Shown piece by piece: positions 53,628-64,000 of a DNA stretch of 64,000 bases (position 1 is its first letter; the number at the start of each line of letters is the position of its first letter). A program made the position numbers and the translations under genes. Source of the stretch: Spizellomyces punctatus DAOM BR117 (Eukaryota). The notes below the pieces were generated by a model, which had not been told where the DNA came from, searched no databases, and saw only the letters and a list, made by a program, of their open reading frames with translations. The stretch is taken from NCBI GenBank assembly GCA_000182565.2, contig KQ257461.1; one strand, given 5' to 3'.

Positions 53628-54255
53628 AGAGAAGCAAAAATTGGTTGTTTAGAGGCATTACCCCGATATTTTGGGCCAGCTTTGGCATAGACAGGCAGAA
53701 AATTATTTCTTTTGGGTTCTTTATGAGCGGACGATGTTGAGCCGATTGCGAAGCTGCAGACGAGATGCAGGACACTCGGTTTTTTTCTCGTTTCAGTGAT
53801 ATAGTTTTGGCGATTTCTTTTGGGTCTGATTCCTTTTTGTGAATGTTGTTTTTTTTTTTTCCCTTGTGACCTCCCTGTTATTGATATTCAGATGCATTCT
53901 GGGATTTTATTTTTCTTGTTTTCGTTCTGCATGTGTATTATATACAATTCTTTAGCAATATTCATTATCATTAGCATCATCATCTTATCGGTTGTTTCAA
54001 TTTGTTTTTTGCTGTGCTTTTTGAGTAAGGTTACAAATGAACTCGTAAACATGAGAGATGTGACTGGAGGGGGGTAGGGCTTTTTGTAGAGTGTGCCAAT
54101 TTGATGACGTTTTGCGTTTGTCTTGGTTACAGAGTGCGTAAAGAGTAGCCTCGTGCTGCTGAAGTGTGCATAGCCATTTGGTAATCTGTTTTTTATAAAT
54201 GTGAAGTGTAAATGATTCGTTTATGGATTCAACAACCCTTGACAATGTTGAGAGT

Positions 54256-54310
54256 ATTTGCATAAAAGCATTTGCATAAAAGCATGTGGATAAAAGCATG
54301 TGGATAAAAT
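54256..54310. repeat. 14-bp tandem repeat x4 (ATTTGCATAAAAGC x2, ATGTGGATAAAAGC x2)
   Basis: Directly visible; the last copy is truncated. Confidence 0.85.
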
Positions 54311-55047
54311 ACTCGAAATAAAAAAGCAATCGTAAACAAAAGGTTGAAATGATAAACAAGCCCCCAGAACGCTTATCATTCTTTCATAGTGAGAAATCTC
54401 TTAAATCTCCCTCCACTCTACCCGCGTGATTCACTCCCCGTGGCTTTTATTGAACCATATCTCTACTCTCTCCTCCACACACATATCTTTCTCTTGTTCT
54501 ACCCCACACAGCACAGCACACACACAGAGTCCAAGTTTTTTTTTTTTATTATTTATTGAAGAACTCACACCCTCGTTTCCTTTTCTTTAACCATCAAACG
54601 CTTCTTACACTGTTTACGGTGTCGTCGTTCTATGAAGTGACAACGTACTCTTTTGCATTGAACCCTTTGGACAAACATTCGGAGCATTACAAGAGTTAGG
54701 GAAACTTGTCGTTTGAATCACTATACACACGACAAGAGCAATCCAGAACGTTATTAAAGATTAACAGAGTACGTTGTTATCTGCAGTTGGAAAAAAGATG
54801 GCGGAATGCCCGAATCCCGCAAGACACGTTTTTTTGGCTGAGTCCTTACTGTTTTACTTCCCTCAGAATTAGGGTTTCCTTGAACGAGTTATTCTCTCTC
54901 TATTTTGCAAAAGCACAAGGCAAACCCACAAGTTTATACCAACTTTCGTATTCCCATATTTACAAAGAACGGCGAACGTACTGCATTCCGCCAAGTTGAC
55001 AGTTTTCCGGTGCATTCTTCTCCCCGTTATCCACCGCACAAACCCGA

Positions 55048-56058
55048 ATGCTACAGTGCCCGCCAGACGCCCTAGGGCGGGCAGCATCTCCCTTTATCGA
55101 AACCCTTTTCGGAGAATGTGCCTACACAGACCGTGAGGTCGCTTCCGTTCTCTTTGGATACCTGTCCATTGGATTCTGGTTATGTGCGCAAATGCCCCAA
55201 TTGTACAAGAATTGGGCGCATGGGGATGCTAGTTCGTTGAGTGCAACGTTTTTGGCGAATTGGCTTGCTGGGGATGTGGCCAATGTGGTGGGGTGTGTCT
55301 TGACGGGGCAATTACCGTTTCAGGTGAGGCAAACCTCTTGCTGTAATCGATGCAACTGTGAATGCAGAATTCTAAATTCTTTTGTGTGTGCATGGGCATA
55401 GACGTATCTGGCGTCGTATTTTGTGTTTATAGATACCTTGCTCATGGTGCAGTATCTGTTTTATACCAAATGGCGCTCTTTCCGTCGCAAGAGAAGAAGA
55501 ACATTTGATCACCCTTCGGTCGCTGTGACTCGTGCTGTTCACCAACCCACCGAAGACACGCCTCTTCTTGCCAGCCCAAGTCTCAGCCGCCGGAACTCAC
55601 CACTATTTGCCGTCATGTTCATGGCACTCTCCACATTTGCGACTCCATCACTACAAACGCATGACAAGACAATGGCCAAAATACTCAGCGACCCGCTATC
55701 AGAGACTGAGCAGACGCATACGATTGGTCTCTTAATGGCGTGGACCTGTACGTTTCTCTACCTCTCGAGCCGTCTTCCGCAACTCTATCACAACATGTGC
55801 CGTGGATCCACCTACGGATTAAGCATATCCATGTTCTTTTGTGCCGCTATGGGGAATCTGACATATGTCGCATCCATTTTACTGAGATCGACTGAACCAG
55901 AGTTTTTGAAGGGTGCTTTGCCGTATTTATTGGGGAGTGGTGGAACATTGTTCTTCGATTTCCTAATTTTTGGGCAGTGGGTTTTTCTTGGGTCGAGTGA
56001 GGAGCGGGTTGTTGTTCACGATGAGTTTGAAGAGTTTAAAGTGGAGGATGCCGTGTAA
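55048..56058 (+). CDS. PQ-loop vacuolar/lysosomal amino acid transporter (PQLC2/Ypq-like)
   Basis: AQMPQLYKN and SRLPQLYHN PQ repeats, WLAGD..N..G, EDTPLL dileucine sorting motif, LPYLLGSGGTLFFD. One intron ~55324-55401. Confidence 0.92.
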
Positions 56059-56281
56059 TGATTGGATGTTGTGATTTGGTCATGGTGTGGCATTCTTTGG
56101 CTATCATGGACAATGTTTTGTTTTTTCTTCGGTTTAGAGACTTGAGGAGGAAAGAGGGAGGTTTGTCCCTTTTCTGGGGTATCTTTACACAAGTGTATAT
56201 AGGTTTTATTATACCATTTGAGCATCGGTACTAATAAATAGTATGTTACTATCGAAAAAAGTGTGTACATTATGCCACTAT

Positions 56282-57325
56282 TTACAATTCCCATCTATCG
56301 TCATCCCAATCAATTTCTTGCTCGTCCCCAGGGTCTCTCGCGGACCTTGTCCGTCTCTTGTCCTGTCCCATCTCAATTTCCTTTTGTTTTCCTTCTTTAT
56401 CAAGCATCTTGATCCGCCCATTTAGATGCAACAAGCACTTGACACGACCTTGATCCGGGTAATACAAGTACGTCCCGTAATCAGCATGTCCTTCCAGCCC
56501 TCGTTGTTTAATATCATTCAACTGAACATGTCCAAAAGTGTCTTCAATAAAATCTCCACGTTGAAAGTACCCCTTTGTAAAGACCCTAGTTCGATAATAC
56601 TCTGTAGAAGCAATATGGTTTTTATCAAACCAGAAAAATAACCTTGCCAATGGCACTTTATACGATTTTTCGTGAATGATGGAACTGGGTAACCCCTTCC
56701 CTTGTCCCTTTTTCCGAGCATATTCCACAATCCGTGGACTAATAAACCCCACATAATTGATTTCTGGGTTCGTTTCCATTGTTTGTATAATATCCTGCAC
56801 AGGTATCGGAGCCGTGAACGCCCAATCGTGTTGAAGGACCATCATGTAGGGTGTTTTAACGTATGCAAGGGCTGTACGGATTGAGAGTGCAAAACCTAGG
56901 TGCGTTGACGCTTGGATGAGAGTTAGGGGTGTATGTTGAGGGGATGTGAGGAGGGTGGTATGAACAGTGGCGGTGGTAGTTGCTCCAGTGGAAATGGTGA
57001 CAATGTCATTCTGGATCGTGTACGTTGTGTCTTGTCGTTTGTTGTGTGAAGCCCATCTCGTTGATAACCATCTCTTTGCATCATGTACATAGGTTCCATA
57101 CGTCTCTGCCAACTCTGTATTCAACCGACCTTGCTTGAGATTGGGCGTGTGATGTAACGGGGTATTGTACCCGTCAAAAGTGACAATCAAGTCGCATGAT
57201 GCCAATTGTGTGGACGGGAGGAGAGATTCGAGTACGGTTGTCAAGAGATGTGTGGACGGATGGTGTGGAGAGGGACTGGTTGTTAGGACGAGAGTGAGCT
57301 GTGATGGGAGGTAGGACGGCAGCAT
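56282..57325 (-). CDS. Putative GT-A-fold glycosyltransferase-like protein, intronless
   Basis: N-terminal strand LVLTTSPSPHHPST, IVTFDG, HLGFALSI..AL..VKTPY.MVLQHDW (HD in place of DxD), WFDKNH, C-terminal LHLNGR. Confidence 0.65.
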   Translation of the reverse strand: MLPSYLPSQLTLVLTTSPSPHHPSTHLLTTVLESLLPSTQLASCDLIVTFDGYNTPLHHTPNLKQGRLNTELAETYGTYVHDAKRWLSTRWASHNKRQDTTYTIQNDIVTISTGATTTATVHTTLLTSPQHTPLTLIQASTHLGFALSIRTALAYVKTPYMMVLQHDWAFTAPIPVQDIIQTMETNPEINYVGFISPRIVEYARKKGQGKGLPSSIIHEKSYKVPLARLFFWFDKNHIASTEYYRTRVFTKGYFQRGDFIEDTFGHVQLNDIKQRGLEGHADYGTYLYYPDQGRVKCLLHLNGRIKMLDKEGKQKEIEMGQDKRRTRSARDPGDEQEIDWDDDRWEL

Positions 57326-58534
57326 CGCGCAACGCCCCCGTTACTGGAGTGCTCCAAAGTCCAAACACTAGCTAGCTTGGGCGATCCCAAAAAATGTGAT
57401 TATGTAATCATATCAAAAAGCGTCTTGGGGGATCGGACCCTCCGATAGGCGCCAACCTTCAGAGATTTGCGAATTTCAAGACGGCGCTTTGGATCCTTGG
57501 ATTTCTGAACCAGGGTATTTAAGGTTATGCTTCTACAAGAGTAGCTCCACATTCGAAAACGCTACGTCAAAGACAACGCCTTTTGATTTCACCAGCCTGG
57601 CACAAGAGCAAACCGCCTTTTACTTGCAAGCACCTGTTTTCCACGTAAAATGACCTCCATAAAGCAAAACGTTCCATAGCCCATCTTCCAACCGCTTCCC
57701 TCCATCTGTGGAACGCCTGAAAACAGCCTTTCCACGGACTATGACGTTTTTTGAACGTTTATAAATCCTTGCCCATTCCGAATCCCCAGACTTTGTTCAA
57801 AACCCCCCAAAACCTCCGACAAAAACCCGAAATGAACGTCCCATTTACCGTAAACGAGTTCCGATGGTACGATGGACGCTTTGAACGATGAGCGGCACAG
57901 TCAGCTACCGGACGCGTAAGTGTGGAAATATACACGTGTGATTAGGAAGCGTTGTTTTTTTTTTGTGGTTTGGGTTTTGGGCGTTTCCTTTCCCAATCGT
58001 GTATTTAAAAGGATTTGCGATGGTTTCCCGTTTCGTTTTTACGCTCTAATGGGTATGTGTTTTGCCAACGTTTTTGTGGTGCATTCGGTCGTTCGCATAA
58101 CGGTTGAGGATGACTCCTGCAGCTCCCTTATCTGCATCAATCGACTCGGTCGGTACGCACATTGCTTGTTTGGTATGGAGGCCCTTTATCAATGCATCTA
58201 CTTGTTCTAGGTGGGGACCGCGGCATTGACTGCTCCTGTTAATGCATCAATGGTGCAAAGTGCTCGTCGCTCGCTCGGTTGCGCAGTCACCAGAGGTGCT
58301 CGACATGTCTCGTAGCGCGAGACCATGGATGCGCTCTCGGCACTGGCAGCCTCCAGTCTGAACTTTTCCTCGAGATGCCATGTCTGTGATGGATGCTCTA
58401 CGCGCGTACTCGTTCCCAACGACGTTGTCTCCCTGATCGTCTCGTCTTCAGACATGGATCGATCACGTGTGCTAATTTCCTCGCAAGACAGTCGTTGAGT
58501 GGATGTTACTGCGCGAGCGCGCAGCACCCGGCCG

Positions 58535-58570
58535 GCGTCTCGAAGCGCGTCTCGAAGCGCGTCTTGAAGC
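58535..58570. repeat. 12-bp tandem repeat x3 (GCGTCTCGAAGC)
   Basis: Directly visible. Confidence 0.8.
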
Positions 58571-59993
58571 CGCATCCACCTTTGTTGGTGTCATTCGCAC
58601 AGTCCCTTGTGCACTGCGCAAACGTGTCTCGTACGTCAGCTGACGTTGACGGTTGTCTCCTCATCTGGGACCACCGCTGCAGACTCTTTTTCCCTACGCC
58701 AGGCGCAGTGTCTTTTACGAGTCTGTGGTTCGGGTCGACAGCCTGTTTACGTGCACAGAGTGTCTATTTCGTACGCGTCTTGGCTGTCTAGACTCGCAGA
58801 GTTGTTTGAAGGGCCCAGCGCGCGTGTATTAATTTTGCTTCATTTCGAAACGGTCGTAAGGGAATTTGGTTTGGTGCGTACGGGCAATATTCTGGCGAGA
58901 ACCATTTTTTGGTCTTTTCAAGGCTTGGCGTTGGTCTTTATCAGCGGACAATCGGCGGCCGTCACCGTCAACCGTCAACGCTGACTGTTATTATACGATC
59001 CTTGTTCACTGTTACCCAATGTGGTATCGCGCGATCGGTCATTTGCCGTGTATGTATCAGTCTTTGGATCTCTGGATCCTTGATCATCAACACAAAAAAA
59101 GACAGAGACCCGCGGATATTGTGGGGATTTTACCCTCGCGTTCTCGATGAAGCTCTCTCCTGAGTGTATTTCGTGGGTTTTGCATACGTATGGGTTGAGC
59201 TGCACACAAATGAAGCTGAACATGTGCCCCGCGGGGTCCGAGTCCCTTTAGCGATACCTCTCTTTTTTATTTTTTTCCACCTGCCGTCACGCTCTCCTTT
59301 GGCGACAAAAAAAAAGGCGGTAGCGGGTCGTTTCACACAAAATCCATTGTGGTGCCTCTTCTTCCTCCTCCTCCTCATGGGCTCATGTGGGGGATCCTCG
59401 ATCGTCAAGAACCTTCATATATCGTAAACAGATTCCGGGCGATACACCCCATCGGCTACGTTATGGAGAGTCCTTGAATCCTGGAGGGATCGCTTACAAA
59501 TGCCTGTGGTCATGAGCCTTGGACACCCTATGGACAACCCGATTCCAAGCCCGTTTCGTTTTACTCCAACGTTACCCTTTTTTCAAGATGGGCTGTGTGT
59601 GGTGCAAAAGAAGACGCGAGTGATCGTGTGCTAAGCAGGGCAGAGACCGAATAGCAAAATTCCCTCCTAGTGGTTGTGGAAATAAACCCCACACGGGGGT
59701 GCAGTTATAAAAACTTGCCCAAAAGAACAATGGGACATAATCGACAGGAACAATGGAGATCTGGTTAGACACACGAAATTTACAATTGTCTGTATTTTGC
59801 TGTGCTTTCCCGCTTTTATATAACGCTTTTTTCTACAAGAATCGGAACTGAACGGGTAATTTAACGTCTGATTAAACCTTGCTTCTCACAATATCCTCTA
59901 CAAGGAAGATCGTTTTGCGTCTTCCCCATGAACACACACACTGGGTGCACACTGGACGCGATACTGCACGAGATCCATGCCAACCGATACGTA

Positions 59994-60052
59994 GGCCTAA
60001 GCCTATAGCAGCCTATGGCCGCCTACCGCAGCTATGGCCGCCTATGGCAAGC
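59994..60052. repeat. Degenerate ~10-bp tandem repeat (GCCTATGGCC-like) x5-6
   Basis: gcctaa gcctatagca gcctatggcc gcctaccgca gctatggcc gcctatggca. Confidence 0.7.
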
Positions 60053-61312
60053 AACGTATGCAGGATGCGTTAAAGATGGCGTAACGTCAATCCCGTTTGT
60101 AAATGTCTACAAGTTCTAGATCCTCAACAAGGAGGGGTCCAGAACCTCACGACCTGTGGGTCATTATGATATTTATTGTGGAGACACGCGGGCCCTAGAG
60201 TCCCCACAGCCTGGCTCACGGGCTCTCAATCGCCTAATCCACAAACCAGGATTAGCAACTCTGGGAAAAAAACTGACAGCTCGCTAGTCATGGAGAGTCA
60301 TCGTAACACACAAGGGGCTGTTACACCAAACCCAATTATATTTATTATATATACAACATTAAAACTCCGATCAATTGGCAATACGCATTTTGACGGGGCG
60401 CAAAAGGGCAGAAGGAGGGCGGGGAGATGCCGTGCGCAGCAAGAGTGTGACGTTTTAGAGGGGACCGAGTTTTGGTTGCAAGGCGGTGTGTGTGGTGGGT
60501 GGCAGATGGCAGGTAGGAGGAGGGGAGACAATTGTCCGCTTCGTCGTCGCTTTTTAGCCGCGAGATTTTATGTCATCTAACATGGTTGTTTTAGATGGAT
60601 GAATGTTGTTGTTTGCCCCCATTGTCCTTCTTCCGCGTGCGTTATTGGCAAAAAAAAACTATTTTTTTTTTCTTTTGCTCTCCTCGTTGCTGCCGATTGT
60701 CTTTTGGCCTTTTACCCCTCGATTGTTTGTTCGAGTGTGTATTTTATGAAAACTCGCGATCGTTCGGGATTTCGACCTTTATCCTCTCTCGCCTTGCTCC
60801 ATCCACGGCTCGCTCGCGCGTCTCTTACGCCAAACGCATCTTTTTGAACGCGACTTTTTCTTGTCGGGTGTGTCATTAACGGGCTTTGGTGCTTTTACGC
60901 CGTGTCGGATCCTTACCGCTTCCGTGTCGGATCGCGTGTGCCAACCCGACGAACAAGACACTCTTCATTCTAACAACACCGCCGCCGTATTCTCCCCGAC
61001 TGCGCCCTTTGCTTTTGGAAGGGCTAACGTGTTCGATTTCACGTTGCTCTCGTCGTTGCTCGTTCTCGTTGTCGTCGTCATCGTCGCCGTTGTCGTTCCT
61101 TGTAAGTACTGCGCCCTTTTTTTCTCCGAGTGCTGCGAGCCATGCAGTCACTGCTAGTTTTTTGCTAAATGTCTCCCTGTCTCGTTTTCTTTTCGTGTTA
61201 CGTTGACTTGTCGTCGTCGTCGTCGTCGTCGTCTATTCAACAATGCCACTTTTTTTTCATCTTGACCAAACCATCTAGTTTACAATTCTTCTGGATCTCG
61301 GCCGAGCAAAAC

Positions 61313-63335
61313 ATGCTCTACTCGGGAGAGCACCACGGCGAGCACACCCCGCCGAACGCGTCCCACGGACGCCCAGACTCGGGTCTGGGCGATCTGGCTC
61401 TCCCAACTCTTCCGACTGCCGTCGAATCGGACGCCACCAGTATCCACTATCGTCCGGAACGGAGCATTACGCCTCCATCAGCCCTTGAGAGACGCGGGAG
61501 TGTCGACGGGGACCACGTTGCGTCATTTGTAGCAAAGCTTTATAGGCAAGTGTCCTCGCTATCTTCCTCGCCAGTGGCCGTCCCTCTGGGTCGACAGCGT
61601 GTGTTGGGGGCAACCACTCAAATTTGTTGTAAAGCCCAGAATGGGATCGCCTTTTTTTCTAACGTCCTTTTTTTTGTCTTGCTTCTGTTTCCAGTCTGCT
61701 AGAGGATCCGGATCATCGTCGCTTCGTTGAATGGAACGAGGCCGGTGACGTTTTTGTTGTTTTCCACACCGATGAGTTTGCAGAAACGGTATGAATAAAG
61801 GTTTTATGGGTTGTAGCATCCGTGCCCTTTCTCATTCATGGCCATGTTGTAGGTCCTACCAAAGTACTTTAAACACAGCAAATTCCCATCCTTTGTACGG
61901 CAGTTGAATGTACGTAAACAGATCCAACAAGTAGGAGACTGTCCGACACATATACTGACTCATGTGCTCTATTCATAGATTTACGGATTTTATAGAGTCT
62001 CTGATGCCCGCAAATCCCCTCATGTTCGCAGCAAGGAAGCTTGCGTCTTTTCCCATCGCTATTTCCTTCGCGGTCGCAAGGACCTTTTACCAGCGATTCG
62101 TCGCAAAGTTCCAAAAAAGCTACCAAAGTCACAAGACGATAGTGGAAACGAAAGTAACGGCCCACCTCGTGCCGTCGTTCCCAAGAAAACCAAAATAGCC
62201 AGAATCATAAACAAGCCCCCACCGCTCACTGGTATCGGAAAGATGCAGCGGGCGCCACCGCAAAAGGAGGATGTCATGAAACTTGTTCAAGCGTATGGCG
62301 ATATTCATACCGACATGAAGCGATTAGATGATTATGTCGAGACAAGCATTTGGCCGACAATAGAAGGATTCAAGGAGTCAATGCAAATGCATGGACATAA
62401 TGTTACCACTGTGCAGGATTATATGCATGCCATTCCCTATCCTGGTAGGCATACAGCCTTTCGAATTATCATGCTCTTGGATATAATTTGCTCATCATTT
62501 CCACCTCTTTGTTAGAAGTCGAAAAAGTACAAAAGGCACACAAACGCAAAAGAAAGAGCGAGATCAGCCCAGTCGCTGAAGATCTTATCAGCAAACAGAG
62601 CCGGTTCGCTCCCACCCTCCGCAGATGGGAAGGCCCGAAGCTCACACATCTGAATCTACACCACTCGTAAAGTCCTCTCCACTCATCATGAGGGAACCAA
62701 CACCAGTGGCCGAACCTTTTTACATTCCAAGTCCTGTCGACCTGCTACCCCGTGGAGTCCACAACGACGACAGTCTCCCAAAATTAAGTCAAAATGAAAT
62801 TGAAAACCTGACGGAACGATACGATATGGACCCGTCTTCGTTTCCAGAGGCCACCACGTACGAGCCCAATAGGTACTCACCCGGTCGAACGCCCGAGAGT
62901 CTAAGGGATACAAGTCCCAGCCAAACAGAAGAAAACATGTCAAGTGTCAAAACGACTCTATCACCCGTCGCAACGACAGATACCGTGGCAGCCCTGCCCA
63001 TTACCGCCCCAACCACTACTTCAAAACCCCACTCCGCTCCCCCGATCATTGAACCTCCAAGCTTCCCAACAACAACCCTATCCCCATACCATTGGTCCGC
63101 CCCGTCGTCAGCTCCTATATACCCCTGTCGGACAATGTACCCATCTCAAGATACATGCTGCCAATGCTCCGAGATGGCTCCGCTGCCATACCCAACAGCA
63201 TGGCGGAGCCCAGTGTCGCCCCCGCTTGCCCGCTTAATGCCTTACCGTCCTTCCTTTATGCCCCAAACGATTATGACACCCACGCCGTACCAACCTCCTA
63301 CTGTGCGGAACCTTTACACTGATCGGAGAGCATGA
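61313..63335 (+). CDS. Heat-shock-factor (HSF) type transcription factor, multi-exon
   Basis: Spliced DNA-binding domain [76 protein letters not shown], then a short coiled coil and a Pro/Ser/Thr-rich tail. Confidence 0.93.
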
Positions 63336-64000
63336 GCAGAAAATAAACAAGGGTGATACCCCCCCCCCCCCCTTCAGAAAAAGGAGGAATGGAAGGACAT
63401 GTTTTTAACTTATGTGGATAACCAACATAGAAATACAGAAACAGAAAATGCGGGATAAACAACAAAAAAAAAATTGGACAACGCCCAAAAGAAAAAAGTG
63501 ATGCAGATCGTTTTTGGATCTTGAAAGAGTATCCAATACTGTATTTTCTTTATTCTGTACATTATCTTGGAACTGTACATTTTTTTTTGTTGTTGTGTGT
63601 TGTTTGTGAGAGAAACCTTAGAAAGTGTTCAACTGTTTGTAAAGAAGTTTGTGGAGGAAAAAATACGAAAATGTAGATAGTGAAAAAAAGAGCAAACAGC
63701 TTGACAAAAATGATCAGTGGACATTTATACAGTAAATACAGTTTTGAATTTATGAATTATCTTTGGGTAGTTTGCCTTTGTTTTTTCGGTTACTTTTGGA
63801 TTTCGCTCAAGGCGGATATATGTTTGATATGTGAGGAGCAAGGAAAATGGTGTTTATGATCCGATCGGGTTGCTGCGATAACAAAAAGCTTCGTCATACT
63901 TGATTGTCAATTCCATTCAATTCATCTCCCTCCATCTTTGTCCCATTCCAAGGAAGTTCCCCTCTCCTCTTCTCGCCCTCCTTTCCCGCTTTGAGCCTCC

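Noticed and set aside
58207-58575. 122-aa ORF with DALR repeats
   Set aside because: The repeat derives from a 12-bp DNA minisatellite, and there is no recognisable domain or gene structure.

Overview
Intron-rich, gene-dense fungal genomic DNA. It is most likely from an early-diverging, flagellated fungus such as a chytrid. This is inferred from a KilA-N/APSES factor, which is fungal, occurring alongside LRRC43-like, FAXC-like, PSMD5 and makorin genes and a single-chain ATP-citrate lyase. About 21 protein genes are recognisable: ACL, cytochrome c peroxidase, STN1/RPA2-like, NmrA-like, FAXC-like GST, a coiled-coil protein, two GATA factors, a CAT-type permease, PSMD5, LRRC43-like, a DH-PH-WW RhoGEF, makorin, PDS5, Maf, a ferric reductase, a PQ-loop transporter, a GT-A-like protein, an HSF and two unknowns. 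The standout unexplained element is at 26.6-27.5 kb. A TATA/CCAAT/CGCG promoter points into a ~700-nt non-coding array of about 13 related hairpins built on a self-complementary UGCUGGAG motif. The hairpins show compensatory base changes between copies and depend on G-U pairs on the + strand only, and a small cloverleaf-like fold follows them. This is a candidate undescribed multivalent structured RNA. Also notable are a KilA-N + GATA fusion transcription factor and a paralogous GATA factor sharing an unannotated C-terminal module. Multi-exon gene boundaries were read by eye and are approximate.
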